Positions 40,832 through 52,784 of a stretch of 64,000 nucleotides of DNA are shown in pieces (positions within the stretch are counted from its first letter, which is position 1; each line of letters begins with the position of its first letter). This stretch comes from Histomonas meleagridis 2922-C6/04-290x. Taxonomy: Eukaryota; Protista; Parabasalia. Under the pieces are notes generated by a model. The model was not told the DNA's origin, did no database searches, and saw nothing but the letters and a program-made list of their open reading frames with translations. The stretch spans positions 336,267-400,266 of the forward strand of contig JAANOX010000037.1 of NCBI GenBank assembly GCA_020184695.1, written 5' to 3'. Position numbers and translations under genes: made by a program.

Positions 40832-42196
40832 TTATACATCAGAGATGTTCTTAGGCGTTTTTTGAAGATTCTTAGATACAACGATTATCAAAGCAATAAC
40901 AATTACTACTGCAGCCCCTACAGCGGCAGCAATAATCACAATATTGTTTTTGCTCTTTTCTTTATTTTCTTCATGACTTGGTTCGTCAGTTTTTCCTGGT
41001 TGTTTTGATTCAGGACTTTCAGTTTCTTTTTGATCAGTTTTTTCTGGTTGTTTTGATTCAGGACTTTCAGTTTCCTTTTGATCTGATTTTTCTGGTTTGT
41101 CAGGTTCAGGACTTTCAGTTTCCTTTTGATCTGATTTTTCTGGTTTGTCAGGTTCAGGACTTTCAGTTTCCTTATGATCTGGGTCATCTGGCACAAATTT
41201 TGAATCTCCTTCAAAAGTTCGATCTTCCTTGAATTCACCTAATACATCTTTATGAAGAGTGTTGATATCCAGCAAAGTACTAGTTTTTGATGTTGTTATT
41301 ATATTTATTTTTAATTTAGAATTTACCCATTTACTATTATCAAATGCAAATTTAATTTTAGGAGTATCTACAGAAGCAAAATAACCATCATTCATTAAAA
41401 CATCGAATTCATCAGGTTCTAAATAACTATAACAAAGTGTAGTGAAAGGATCTTCAATAAATATGTTTATTACAGAATTTTCTTTACAATTACTTGCTAA
41501 GGTTACTTTAATAACTCTATCCTCATATGGATTAAGAAGAATACCAACATCATCTTTATATTTAAAAGAATATTTTCTAACTCCATTACTATATTGATTC
41601 GCAATTTCATAATGATCTTCATTTATAATAATTTCAATCGGATTTGTAAAGATATATTGTCTTTTCGTTGTCACTACGTCTTTATTATCAGGTTCTCCAA
41701 TATAACGATTAGCTTTCACGTTCCCCTGTGTTCCAATTGCATAAATCTGATCTACCACAAAAGTACCACTAGTAACCGAAACAATATTTTTTAATGCAAT
41801 TACTGGAATTGTTTTAGATATGTCAGCATTTTTAATTAGCGTAGTAAAACCTAAATTGTAAATACCTAATTTTGGGATCGTAACTTTCGATAAATCAAAG
41901 GTAATGGGGTGGTCCATATCTTCCACATATATTACTGCTGACTCAATACCAGAAAGATCATTAGCAAGGTTACTTAATTCATTTGCACCTTTATAAAAAA
42001 TGATTGATTTGCTTTTGAAAATAATTGAATTGCCTTTATCACATTTTCTATCACTTGTTTTCCCCTTGCAATAAGATTCATGATGTTTCATGAAGTTATC
42101 TAGATGTGGAGGGATATATTTGGATTGTCCATAATAAAAAATCGCATGCTTGGGCTTCTTATCACATATGATTGAAGGAATGAATAGAAGAATCAT
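40832..42196 (-). CDS. Type I single-pass surface protein, uncharacterised family (tandem paralogue 2)
   Basis: MILLFIPSIICD leader, collinear similarity to paralogue 1, a repeat stalk, TM and tail ending ISDV. Confidence 0.8.
   Translation of the reverse strand: MILLFIPSIICDKKPKHAIFYYGQSKYIPPHLDNFMKHHESYCKGKTSDRKCDKGNSIIFKSKSIIFYKGANELSNLANDLSGIESAVIYVEDMDHPITFDLSKVTIPKLGIYNLGFTTLIKNADISKTIPVIALKNIVSVTSGTFVVDQIYAIGTQGNVKANRYIGEPDNKDVVTTKRQYIFTNPIEIIINEDHYEIANQYSNGVRKYSFKYKDDVGILLNPYEDRVIKVTLASNCKENSVINIFIEDPFTTLCYSYLEPDEFDVLMNDGYFASVDTPKIKFAFDNSKWVNSKLKINIITTSKTSTLLDINTLHKDVLGEFKEDRTFEGDSKFVPDDPDHKETESPEPDKPEKSDQKETESPEPDKPEKSDQKETESPESKQPEKTDQKETESPESKQPGKTDEPSHEENKEKSKNNIVIIAAAVGAAVVIVIALIIVVSKNLQKTPKNISDV
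40979..41170 (-). repeat. Coding 48-bp tandem repeat x4 (ETESPE[PD/SK].PEK[S/T]DQK)
   Basis: Two ETESPEPDKPEKSDQK and two ETESPESKQP units immediately before the TM. Confidence 0.9.
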
Positions 42197-42778
42197 GAAA
42201 AAAAAATGATGAGCAAGTTTTTTTTATGAGTTATTTTTAAAACAGAGAAATCTTTCATATTATTTTTGTATTATTTGTTTTTTTACTATATTTTAAATGT
42301 TTTTTACATAATAAAACTAAAATATGTTTAAACAACTACTAGCTAGTATGAATTTTTATTTGAAAAACATTTAGTGAAATAAAATCAAATTTATATCAAA
42401 CCGAATTACAATGATTTTTCCTGTTAACTTTCATATTAATAATCTGATTTTAGCGCAACATAAAAACATATAATAAATCACATGTTATGATAAAGAAAAC
42501 ATGATTTTATTTAATTAACATGATTAGCTAAATTAAGAAAACGTTTCAAAATTTAGTGATATCTTTTGTAAGGAGATATTGTTTTTATGATTATAACGAA
42601 AATAACATTTAGATGAAATTTAATTGCAATTTCATTCTAATATTCCATGGCCTTTGTAGGATCAAATGAATTAGTGAAATTTGAATCATATAAATTATTG
42701 TTTGCATTTTCTTTGTCTTTGGGGTGGTCCATAAAACGGATTCAGCGGTTAAAACGGTTATGGTCTTCCTTTTTAATA

Positions 42779-43033
42779 ATGCAAAACGAAAAAGGTGAAG
42801 TTGTCGACAGGCTTATCCCTCGCAAGTGTAATGCCACACATCGCCTTATCCCACCACACGATCACGCATCAGTCCAATTCAGAATTGCCAAACTTAATGA
42901 TGAAGGTCTTCCAACTGGTGAATTCGAAACAGTTGTTTTCTCTGGCTACCTCCGTAACCTTGGAGAAGCTGACAATGCACTCAATCGCATTGCCACTGAA
43001 AAGGGACTTTTACAAAACGTTTATCGTGCATAA
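42779..43033 (+). CDS. RPS21: 40S ribosomal protein S21 (eS21), 84 aa
   Basis: MQNEKGEVVD..IPRKCNAT.RLI...DHASVQF..A..N..G..TGE...G.LR..GEAD; CCTTT at 42768-42772. Confidence 0.96.
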   Translation: MQNEKGEVVDRLIPRKCNATHRLIPPHDHASVQFRIAKLNDEGLPTGEFETVVFSGYLRNLGEADNALNRIATEKGLLQNVYRA

Positions 43034-43193
43034 TTCGATTAAAAATTGCATATCTCAGAAGATATCTTTTTGTTATTTTTGAACGTATTTATTTGTTTTG
43101 AGTAATTTTTATCTTTTTCTTTTGTAGTTTTTAAATTTTTTTATATTTCGATTTCATTTGACATGTCAATTATTAGTTGCAATTTTTTAAAAA

Positions 43194-45425
43194 ATGAGTA
43201 GACCAGCAACTCCTACAAAAAAATCTCTCAATATTGGTGAAGCTAAATTTCCATTTATTGAAGGTTACTTTCCTGGTATTGCATCTTTTAGATATTCTGG
43301 AGAACTCAAAATGTTATTTTCGAAAAGATCTGTTGGAAATTGCAATATTGAAATCATAGGTCCATTTCTGTTTGCAACCCAAGTTGAATCAGATGAAACC
43401 ACATTTATATTTTTATATGATTATTATGTTCGGTGCATTCCCAAGTCCAACTGTTTTGAATTAATCCCAAAGAACCCAGTTCTTTTCGACAAATTTTATT
43501 TTTGGGCCCAAACCAAAGAACAACGGACTGAATGGTCGTCAATAATAAAGTCAGCTGTTTCTACCATCAATACTCTTCCCAACAGTATTCCAGATCTTCA
43601 ATTTGAAGCCTTTTTTGTGGACACCCATGCCAGTACCATGCAAAATGTTTATTATATCATTGGCAGCAAATCCAATTGTGTCATTATTGAGACACCCGTT
43701 ACACAAATTCGTATTCCATTTAGTATTGATTTCCATATTAGTTCAAGTTGTGAAGTTGACAATATTCCAATTGACAAAAAAGTTTTTACCATTGCATTAT
43801 ACGAAGGGATAACAAAACCATATTACATATACTTCAACAAAGGCATTGACACATTTTTATGTGCATATTTAGCAACAGCCACACCACTATTAAAAGTACG
43901 TCGCATGACATTATCCAAAGTTAAGAAGTATAATACATTTGCATCGCCATTTCCAGTTCTCACACGTCAAATGGTTTGGGCGTTACCATTAACATTTAAA
44001 TGTCAGCCCGATCCATTATTAATAACCAAAATCGATTTCGACGACGTAATATTCGATCCATTAACATGTAAAGTACCGAGTACAGCATCGAATGAACTTT
44101 TCGTATTAAACTTTAATGATCATCATGAAAAGAAGCGAACGATATTAATACAATCGATTCATCAACAACGGAAACTTCAACAAATTAAATCGTCGGCATT
44201 TACTGATAATTATTTCGAACCTGACGACTCGACGTTTGAAAGTGAAATTGAGAAATTACAAAACCAATCGAAAGAAGAGAAATTTTGTTTTAATCTTGAA
44301 AGTGATCGATCATATTTTGACTTTGCGGAGAACACTGATAAAGAATATTTTAATAAGACTGGTCAAAAGTTATTAAATGAATATTTTAATATGCCAAATC
44401 CGAATAATTTATATTATAAACAAGAGCTTTCATTAGGGCTAAAACTAAATAATAATAAATCGATATTATCAAACCAACAAATGTTAGAGAACTTATCGAA
44501 AATAATTTATGATTTACCTTTAGATGTTGATTGTAATTCAACAATATATAATAAAATTTGTTCACTTATAGTTTCGTCATTAATTTTTGCAACTGATCAA
44601 ATCCAAATAATGCAACAATTAATAAACTTATGTAATGTTGATCCGAAGTTATCTTCATGTATACCAACGAAAAAATTAACACTTAATGAATCTTTGTTTA
44701 TGTTCATTTCGAGATTAATAATATCTTATCGAATAACAAATTTATTCGATTTGATCATTAAATCGTCTGAATGGAGAAAAGTTGTATATCCGAAATCATC
44801 ACAATTTTATTTAATTAACTTTTTTATAAATTTGAATTTGGTTTTAGTGAAGTTAAATGAGCATACATTCTTCGGTAAGTTTAATCCAAGTAATTGTGAG
44901 ATAATGAAAAATGTAATAATCGAAAGAACTGATCTCGCTATAAAAGATGATATAATGAATATAATTCGAATTTATAGGTATAATTGTGATAGAAATCAAT
45001 TAAATGATTTGATTTTCCATTTGTTATTTGATTTGACTTGTTTCTTTAAAAATGGTTTTAATCAAATAACGAATAACATTTCTTTGGATTGTTGGAATTT
45101 CTTTTTAGCTGCTACAAAATTAAAGTTAAATTTGCCCGAATTTAACGTGTTTAAGTATAGCGTTGATAAAATTAATAACCAAAAAAATAAAATTGTGCAA
45201 TTGTTGGTCCCCCAATGTATTTTGATGGGATTAAAATCCGGTTCGCTTCCTTTATGGATTCTGTTCCTAGCAAAGGCTGCGATGGAAAATAATACACATA
45301 ATAAAAACGCACTGATTTATTATAGAGACCCAGTAATGATAGTGGCGGAGTCATTAAAGTTATTGGAGTCAATAAAAATTGATACGGACCCAGAGTACTT
45401 AATTCAGTGCTTACATATATTTTAA
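43194..45425 (+). CDS. Hypothetical protein: N-terminal PH-like region and C-terminal RUN-like helical region(s)
   Basis: FYFWAQTKEQRTEWSSIIK is typical of a PH C-terminal helix; CWNFF...ILMGLKSGSLPLWILFL resembles RUN. Confidence 0.55.
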   Translation: MSRPATPTKKSLNIGEAKFPFIEGYFPGIASFRYSGELKMLFSKRSVGNCNIEIIGPFLFATQVESDETTFIFLYDYYVRCIPKSNCFELIPKNPVLFDKFYFWAQTKEQRTEWSSIIKSAVSTINTLPNSIPDLQFEAFFVDTHASTMQNVYYIIGSKSNCVIIETPVTQIRIPFSIDFHISSSCEVDNIPIDKKVFTIALYEGITKPYYIYFNKGIDTFLCAYLATATPLLKVRRMTLSKVKKYNTFASPFPVLTRQMVWALPLTFKCQPDPLLITKIDFDDVIFDPLTCKVPSTASNELFVLNFNDHHEKKRTILIQSIHQQRKLQQIKSSAFTDNYFEPDDSTFESEIEKLQNQSKEEKFCFNLESDRSYFDFAENTDKEYFNKTGQKLLNEYFNMPNPNNLYYKQELSLGLKLNNNKSILSNQQMLENLSKIIYDLPLDVDCNSTIYNKICSLIVSSLIFATDQIQIMQQLINLCNVDPKLSSCIPTKKLTLNESLFMFISRLIISYRITNLFDLIIKSSEWRKVVYPKSSQFYLINFFINLNLVLVKLNEHTFFGKFNPSNCEIMKNVIIERTDLAIKDDIMNIIRIYRYNCDRNQLNDLIFHLLFDLTCFFKNGFNQITNNISLDCWNFFLAATKLKLNLPEFNVFKYSVDKINNQKNKIVQLLVPQCILMGLKSGSLPLWILFLAKAAMENNTHNKNALIYYRDPVMIVAESLKLLESIKIDTDPEYLIQCLHIF

Positions 45426-46005
45426 GATTTTCATTAATTAATTTATTAATAAATCATTTCTTAGGTTTCTTAAATGTAATTTTGCGTTTGCTCAATGATG
45501 AGCAAGAAGGATTTTCGAAATTAATTGTTCACCAATAATTATTTTTATTTCACAAAACATTCTTTATGCAAATTCAAATTTAGTTGAAAAATTTAATGAA
45601 TTATTATATAATGGTAAGAGAATGAACATTTGCATTTTGGTTATATAGAGACCCATTTAATTAATAAGTTTTTTATTTTTTTTTAACTGAAGTCGGTCTA
45701 TCATGTGAATTGAATAATTACTTCATATGATATTGATATATAAATAACTATCCTCTACTTTCCCATGAATATCTATTTATTCTTTTTAATAATCTAAATT
45801 AAAATATGCGGATGATTAAATAGTTACTTTTCGAAAAATTCCGAATGTCTATCAGGCATTTGTTGTTACTTGTTTAAAACAGACACAACTGAATTCAATA
45901 TCCAAGTTTTCTTCCTCTTGATTAATAATGTTTTCATATCAATTAATTTTCCATTTTCATAAAAAGTTCCGTATCTTTATATTTACTAACAATTTTAAAT
46001 AATAT

Positions 46006-47085
46006 TCAAGAAGTATCTTTTTCTTTTCCTTTTTCATTTTCTTCTTCTTCAACTTCATACTCATATTCGTATTCATCGTCATCCTTTTTCTCACTTTTTT
46101 CTTCTTTATTCTTTTCTTCTGCTTTTTCTTCTTCTTCTTCTTCATAGTATTCTTCTTCCTCTTCTTCATAGCTTTCCTCTCCATCTTCAGATGCATTCTG
46201 TAATGCAAGCGTTTGCTTGTAGCGAAGGATGTAGCCCCTCCAAACTCTTTGTATCTTTGTTGCTGATTGATTCATTTCTTTCAAATGTAACTTCACTAAA
46301 AACGTTCTTACAATACTTTCTATTTTTATAGCACATTTAATTCGATTTCTTTTTTCGCGCTTTTTCAGTTTCTTTCTTAATAACATTTCATTTAACTCTT
46401 TTCTTCGCTTTAAAAGTTTTGAAAAATCTTCTTTTAATATTTTTAGCTTTTCTTCTAATTCAACAGTTATAGTTGGAGAAGAAACAGATGCAATCGTTGG
46501 AATTTCACCATTTTCTAATAGGCTAATTGTGTTTTTAATCATATTTTGATTTTGATATTTGGTATATAACTTAAGACGTCTTTCAAGTAATTTTAATTCT
46601 TGTTCTTGTTTTTCTACAAGAAATTTTAATTCATCATTTTGACGTTGGAGATCTGTTTGATTGAAAAAAGATAGTTCTTGATTTGAAACAAGAAGTGATG
46701 AAGTGATGGGATCAAAATTTGATTTTCGTTTTTGTAAAGCTTCAACTTCTACAAACGTTGGATCAGGATTCGTGCGGTACGAGTTAATATATTTTGAAAA
46801 TATGGAAAATTCATCTTCTCGATCTTTTAATCTTTGATGAAAATCAATTATTGACTTTTTAAATTGGCAAAAAATATTTGGATTTTCATGATTAAGTAAT
46901 TCACTTAATTTTTGCTTTAACTCATTATTTTCCTCTTTTAAATCATTTATCTTTGTTGATAATTGTGCAATTTTGTCATAAGCTGAAAATTGATTTCTTT
47001 TGTCAAGTGCTGGAAGTTTCATGATTTCGTTTATCTGATTTCCAATTATGATTGGTGAAATATTTTTATTTTTTTCTTTTTTCAT
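46006..47085 (-). CDS. Coiled-coil protein with IQ calmodulin-binding motifs and an acidic tail
   Basis: AIKIESIVRTFLVK and ATKIQRVWRGYILR; long heptad regions; poly-Glu C-terminus. Confidence 0.75.
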   Translation of the reverse strand: MKKEKNKNISPIIIGNQINEIMKLPALDKRNQFSAYDKIAQLSTKINDLKEENNELKQKLSELLNHENPNIFCQFKKSIIDFHQRLKDREDEFSIFSKYINSYRTNPDPTFVEVEALQKRKSNFDPITSSLLVSNQELSFFNQTDLQRQNDELKFLVEKQEQELKLLERRLKLYTKYQNQNMIKNTISLLENGEIPTIASVSSPTITVELEEKLKILKEDFSKLLKRRKELNEMLLRKKLKKREKRNRIKCAIKIESIVRTFLVKLHLKEMNQSATKIQRVWRGYILRYKQTLALQNASEDGEESYEEEEEEYYEEEEEEKAEEKNKEEKSEKKDDDEYEYEYEVEEEENEKGKEKDTS

Positions 47086-47562
47086 TTTAACGGATTTTAA
47101 TATGGAGTGCCCTAAAATATGTCCGATTCATTATTTGATTAAAATATTCATTAAAATCATATTAACCAAACCATTATCTATTTCGAAATTTACATTGAAT
47201 AAAAAACTCATTTTCTAAAAGTATAAATTCATTTGATATTAATCCATAAAAGAAATTCTTCTAAGTATTGGTTTATTTACCACCATTTAATTATGTATTT
47301 AAAGGAAAATAAAATTGTTATAAAGTAAAGAAATTGTAAAAGACTATTTTCTAAAACGGCTGAGATAAATTTTTACCGCAGCAAAAAGCGTTAACGTATT
47401 TTACACTGTTTTGCCAACAGGCGGCGAATTTGTTCGTTTTATAGAAAAAGTTATATATTATTCACCGAAGCAAACGCCCAACACCGAAGTTTTTAGGTAT
47501 TTTATTTCAAGTTTTTGAATGGACCCGACCGTTAATCACATCTCTCCCTAATTTTTTTCAGA

Positions 47563-50091
47563 ATGTCGAATTGCAACTTCGATTATCACATTACTCCACA
47601 AGAAAAGAAACTTGTCGAAAGAATAGTACCTCTTTCTCAAGCAAAAATTCATCTCGCATTTCGATCAAACATCATTTTAAACGACAAAAAGTACAAGGAA
47701 GGAGTTGCTATTTTATCTGAACATCTCATAATCGTTTGTAAAAGAAATCTCGTTGGTAAAGGTATAACAGCAATTAAAACGATACATCTTTATGATATTA
47801 ACAGTTTTTCAATGATCAATGAAAATCATTGCAAAATTTCAACACAAAACACTTTCTTACAACTTATGTCCAAAGCTGTTCTCAGATTTGCACGTGTTCT
47901 TATCAGAAATTATTATGTTATTACAACTTTATTTCCACAAGAAATGAAAATGGAATTTCGACCACATGATAAAAACGCTTTCCCTCCTTTCCGTCCACCA
48001 ATGTCACCATCACAAAAATTCCAATTTACATACAATGCATATTGTTCATATTATCAATGCACATATTTTCATGAAGTAGTTCAATTCTTCCATTCATTAG
48101 TAATTTCAGGAAATGGTGTAGCTGATCTTGCACATCTACCACTTGAAATCATTGAAGTCAATTCTGGTGATTCACTTGATTTACAAGCACTCTTTATGGC
48201 TCTTGTTCATTACAAACTCATTTCTGGTATTGTTTGTAACAACATTGCACGTCCTGATATTGCGTATAACATTGCACCTTTAATTCAAGGAAACAATGAA
48301 ATTCGTATTGTTGATCTTAGTAATTGTCGAATTGAAAAAGGTATTTTAGAACTTGCGAATGCAGTCATTGATAATCCTCGATGTAATGTTGTTTATTGGG
48401 ATTTAAGTGAAAACCGTAATGTCACATTTCTTCCCTTCTGTATGTGTTTAGGACAAACTCGAGCCAATGTGTTCTATATCAACTTATCGAACTGCAAATT
48501 GACATTCGAGGATTTGAATGGTTTACTCCAGTCATTAATTGACAACAGTTGTTTGCATTCATTACGACATTTATTCATTGATGGTGCCACATTTAACAAA
48601 ACGTCCATAGTGTTATTTAAAGAATTATTAGTTTTATTGAAAGATGAAAGAAAACTTCAATTGAAGACATTAAGTATTTCATCCATTGGATCTGCTATTG
48701 AACCAATGATACTATTAATTAACTCATATTCGATACCATTAGAGAAACTTAACATTAGCCACAATAAAATCAAAGAAAAAGTAGTTCCTAAGTTAATACA
48801 ATATGTATCGAAGACGAAAACACTTAAAGAATTAAACATTTCTAAAACAGATATTCGAAGTGATGACATTGTTAAAATTATTGAAGCTATTTCTAATAAT
48901 GAAAATTTGGATTATTTTGCTTTGAATCTTTCATTACTTGGGTTAAACTCTAAAAGATTGGTCAAGATATTAAATGCGTTAAAACGAAAATCAGAGAAAT
49001 GGTGTAAACTTTCATTCGATGAGAATGGAATGTCATCGAGCGATTTGACAGAGTTAATTAACGTTTGCAAATCTTTTCAAAACCTCATTTCAATATCTCT
49101 CAGCGGCAACTTCAATTCAAAATCCAAGACAATTGAGTCAGTGCTCCCACAATTGTTAGAAATTGAGAGCCTTGAGCAGTTATGCATCAAAGGCACCCCC
49201 AAAAATAAACTTGGCAATAACCTATTCAAATTATTCAATGCGTTAACAGAAAACCAGAAGATTCAAGTATTAGATGTATCGAGTAATCGTATAGGGGACA
49301 TAGGTCTTAAGAAGCTTACAGAATTAATAAGTAAAAACACTAACAACATCTGTGAAATCGAAGCAGATGGATCAGGAGCAACATACGAAGCAATTTTATC
49401 ATTCCTTGATGCATTATCAAACAGTGAGAAGATTCATTCATGTAAATTCCCGATTGAAGATGTATATAATATCCTTGGATCAGTCTCATCGACGACACAA
49501 CGTAAGAAACTTTATGAAAAGTTTTCAAGCAAACAAATCGAATCACAAAAAGCTATCGAAAAGAACAAAGCAGCAGTTGGAATTCATTCCGATTTATCGA
49601 AGAAAGGAATCCCGGAACTTAATGAACTTTTAGACGAGATCACATTATCGATGTCGCAAAAGTTAAATGGCGTCAAAGTGAATGAACACGCGGGATTAGC
49701 GTCAGCATTTGGCTTAACAATGCCGCATTTGAACGAAGGCGAAACGCAAGAAACTAATGTAGTAACAAATAATGTTAACTATGACAAAGGTTATGATTTG
49801 GAGAATTCCAATGTGACAATAATCGAAGAATTAAATAATAACAACGAAGAAGATGGACTAAGGACATTGCAATTTAACTCGTTGTGCATAAGAAGACCTG
49901 CAACAACAAGAAATCAAAGAAACGCTATAATAAGAGAAGAGGAACAAAACACACAGCAGGTAATGATGAGCGGTTCGCTGCTGCCGCCAAACGAAAAATC
50001 CGAAAAAGAATCATCGTCGGAATCGAAGTCGGAAAGTGAAGCGGATTCGGGGTCGTACGAATCGAATTCTTCGGAGAGCGATTCTGATTAG
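47563..50091 (+). CDS. CARMIL-like leucine-rich repeat (RI-like) protein
   Basis: N-terminal PH-like segment and RI-type LRRs (IVDLSNC.I, LKELNISKT, IQVLDVSSNRIGDIG.K.L), followed by a coiled/acidic tail. Confidence 0.7.
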   Translation: MSNCNFDYHITPQEKKLVERIVPLSQAKIHLAFRSNIILNDKKYKEGVAILSEHLIIVCKRNLVGKGITAIKTIHLYDINSFSMINENHCKISTQNTFLQLMSKAVLRFARVLIRNYYVITTLFPQEMKMEFRPHDKNAFPPFRPPMSPSQKFQFTYNAYCSYYQCTYFHEVVQFFHSLVISGNGVADLAHLPLEIIEVNSGDSLDLQALFMALVHYKLISGIVCNNIARPDIAYNIAPLIQGNNEIRIVDLSNCRIEKGILELANAVIDNPRCNVVYWDLSENRNVTFLPFCMCLGQTRANVFYINLSNCKLTFEDLNGLLQSLIDNSCLHSLRHLFIDGATFNKTSIVLFKELLVLLKDERKLQLKTLSISSIGSAIEPMILLINSYSIPLEKLNISHNKIKEKVVPKLIQYVSKTKTLKELNISKTDIRSDDIVKIIEAISNNENLDYFALNLSLLGLNSKRLVKILNALKRKSEKWCKLSFDENGMSSSDLTELINVCKSFQNLISISLSGNFNSKSKTIESVLPQLLEIESLEQLCIKGTPKNKLGNNLFKLFNALTENQKIQVLDVSSNRIGDIGLKKLTELISKNTNNICEIEADGSGATYEAILSFLDALSNSEKIHSCKFPIEDVYNILGSVSSTTQRKKLYEKFSSKQIESQKAIEKNKAAVGIHSDLSKKGIPELNELLDEITLSMSQKLNGVKVNEHAGLASAFGLTMPHLNEGETQETNVVTNNVNYDKGYDLENSNVTIIEELNNNNEEDGLRTLQFNSLCIRRPATTRNQRNAIIREEEQNTQQVMMSGSLLPPNEKSEKESSSESKSESEADSGSYESNSSESDSD

Positions 50092-50140
50092 AGAGGAAAT
50101 GATGTCAATTAAATAATTATTTTGGTTTAAGCTTTTGTAA

Positions 50141-52400
50141 ATGGAAAACAAATTAAAAATGTGAATCAGATTAATAAATGAAAAACAAATTAATAAAAGT
50201 GAAACAAATTAATAAAAATGTGAATCAGATTAATAAAAGTGAAACAAATTAATAAAAATGTGAATCAGATTAATAAATGAAAAACAAATTAATAAAAGTG
50301 AAACAAATTAATAAAAATGTGAATCAGATTAATAAAAGTGAAACAAATTAATAAAAGTGAAACAAATTAATAAAAGTGAATCAGATTAATAAAAGTGAAA
50401 CAAATTAATAAAAGTGAAACAAATTAATAAAAATGTGAATCAGATTAATAAAAGTGAAACAAATTAATAAAAGTGAAACAAATTAATAAAAGTGAATCAG
50501 ATTAATAAAAGTGAAACAAATTAATAAAAGTGAATCAGATTAATAAATGTGAAACAAATTAATAAAAGTGAAACAAATTAATAAAAATGTGAATCAGATT
50601 AATAAAAGTGAAACAAATTAATAAAAGTGAAACAAATTAATAAAAATGTGAATCAGATTAATAAAAGTGAAACAAATTAATAAAAGTGAAACAAATTAAT
50701 AAAAGTGAAACAAATTAATAAAAGTGAAACAAATTAATAAAAGTGAAACAAATTAATAAAAGTGAAACAAATTAATAAAAAGTGAAACAAATTAAAAAAA
50801 AAGTGAATCAGATTAATAAATGAAAAACAAATTAATAAAAGTGAAACAAATTAATAAAAATGTGAATCAGATTAATAAAAGTGAAACAAATTAATAAAAG
50901 TGAAACAAATTAATAAAAGTGAAACAAATTAATAAAAGTGAAACAAATTAATAAAAGTGAATCAGATTAATAAATGTGAAACAAATTAATAAAAGTGAAA
51001 CAAATTAATAAAAATGTGAATCAGATTAATAAAAAGTGAAACAAATTAATAAAAAGTGAAACAAATTAATAAAAAATGAAACAAAATAATAAAAAGTGAA
51101 ACAAATTAATAAAAAGAAAAAAAAAAAAAAAAAAGTGAAACAAATTAATAAAAGTGAAACAAATTAATAAAAGTGAAACAAATTAATAAAAGTGAAACAA
51201 ATTAATAAAAGTGAAACAAATTAATAAAAGTGAAACAAATTAATAAAAGTGAATCAGATTAATAAATGTGAAACAAATTAATAAAAGTGAAACAAATTAA
51301 TAAAAAAATGTGAATCAGATTAATAAAAAGTGAAACAAATTAATAAAAAGTGAAACAAATTAATAAAAAGTGAAACAAATTAATAAAAAAATGTGAATCA
51401 GATTAATAAAAAGTGAAACAAATTAATAAAAGTGAAACAAATTAATAAAAAGTGAATCAGATTAATAAATGTGAAACAAATTAATAAAAAGTGAAACAAA
51501 TTAATAAAAAAATGTGAATCAGATTAATAAAAAGTGAAACAAATTAATAAAAAGTGAAACAAATTAATAAAAGTGAAACAAAATAAAAAAAAGAGAAACA
51601 AATTAATAAAAGTGAAACAAATTAAAAAAAGTGAAACAAATTAATAAAAGTGAAACAAATTAATAAAAGTGAAACAAATTAATAAAAGTGAAACAAATTA
51701 ATAAAAGTGAAACAAATTAATAAAAGTGAATCAGATTAATAAATGTGAAACAAATTAATAAAAGTGAAACAAATTAATAAAAATGTGAATCAGATTAATA
51801 AAAGTGAAACAAATTAATAAAAGTGAAACAAATTAATAAAAGTGAAACAAATTAATAAAAATGTGAATCAGATTAATAAAAGTGAAACAAATTAATAAAA
51901 GTGAAACAAATTAATAAAAGTGAATCAGATTAATAAATGTGAAACAAATTAATAAAAGTGAAACAAATTAATAAAAATGTGAATCAGATTAATAAAAGTG
52001 AAACAAATTAATAAAAGTGAAACAAATTAATAAAAGTGAAACAAATTAATAAAAGTGAAACAAATTAATAAAAGTGAAACAAATTAATAAAAGTGAAACA
52101 AATTAATAAAAGTGAAACAAATTAATAAAAGTGAAACAAATTAATAAAAGTGAAACAAATTAATAAAAGTGAAACAAATTAATAAAAATGTGAATCAGAT
52201 TAATAAATGAAAAACAAATTAATAAAAGTGAAACAAATTAATAAAAATGTGAATCAGATTAATAAAAGTGAAACAAATTAATAAAAGTGAAACAAATTAA
52301 TAAAAGTGAAACAAATTAATAAAAGTGAAACAAATTAAAAATGTGAATCAGATTAATAAATGTGAAACAAATTAATAAAAAAGTGAAACAATTTACTTAT
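50141..52400. repeat. ~2.25 kb non-coding satellite of a 19-bp monomer (GTGAAACAAATTAATAAAA) with interspersed variant GTGAATCAGATTAATAAA(A); about 115-120 units
   Basis: Period 19 is read directly (e.g. 52021-52180); strongly A-rich on the plus strand; degenerate monomers continue to about 52590. Confidence 0.97.
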
Positions 52401-52784
52401 AAATGAAAAATTTAAATGGCAATAAATTAACAATGAATTTTTGTTCTTAACTTTTAAAATGGAAATGATGTTTTTATAATTAAAAATGTGGAACAAATTA
52501 ATGTCAATGAGATTATATAGCAACAAATTTACTATTAGAAATCGCTGTCATCTAAAAAAACAAAAAATATGGTACAAATTAATAAGTTGATGAAATTCGA
52601 TTAGAAATCAAATCAAATGTCTGACAACAAAATTAAAAATGTAAAAAATGTAAAAAAAAAAAACGCCTAACATAGTGTTATTAATATTAATAATATCAGA
52701 AGCAGCCTGCATTATTGTCTGTTTCTTGGATTTTTTTTTTTTTTTGGAAATTTTAAACGGCAATTTTCTGGTTTATATAAAATT

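Noticed and set aside
50141-52400. Satellite considered as a CRISPR array or telomeric repeat
   Set aside because: There are no unique spacers, no cas genes and no G-rich telomere motif, and ordinary genes lie on both sides.
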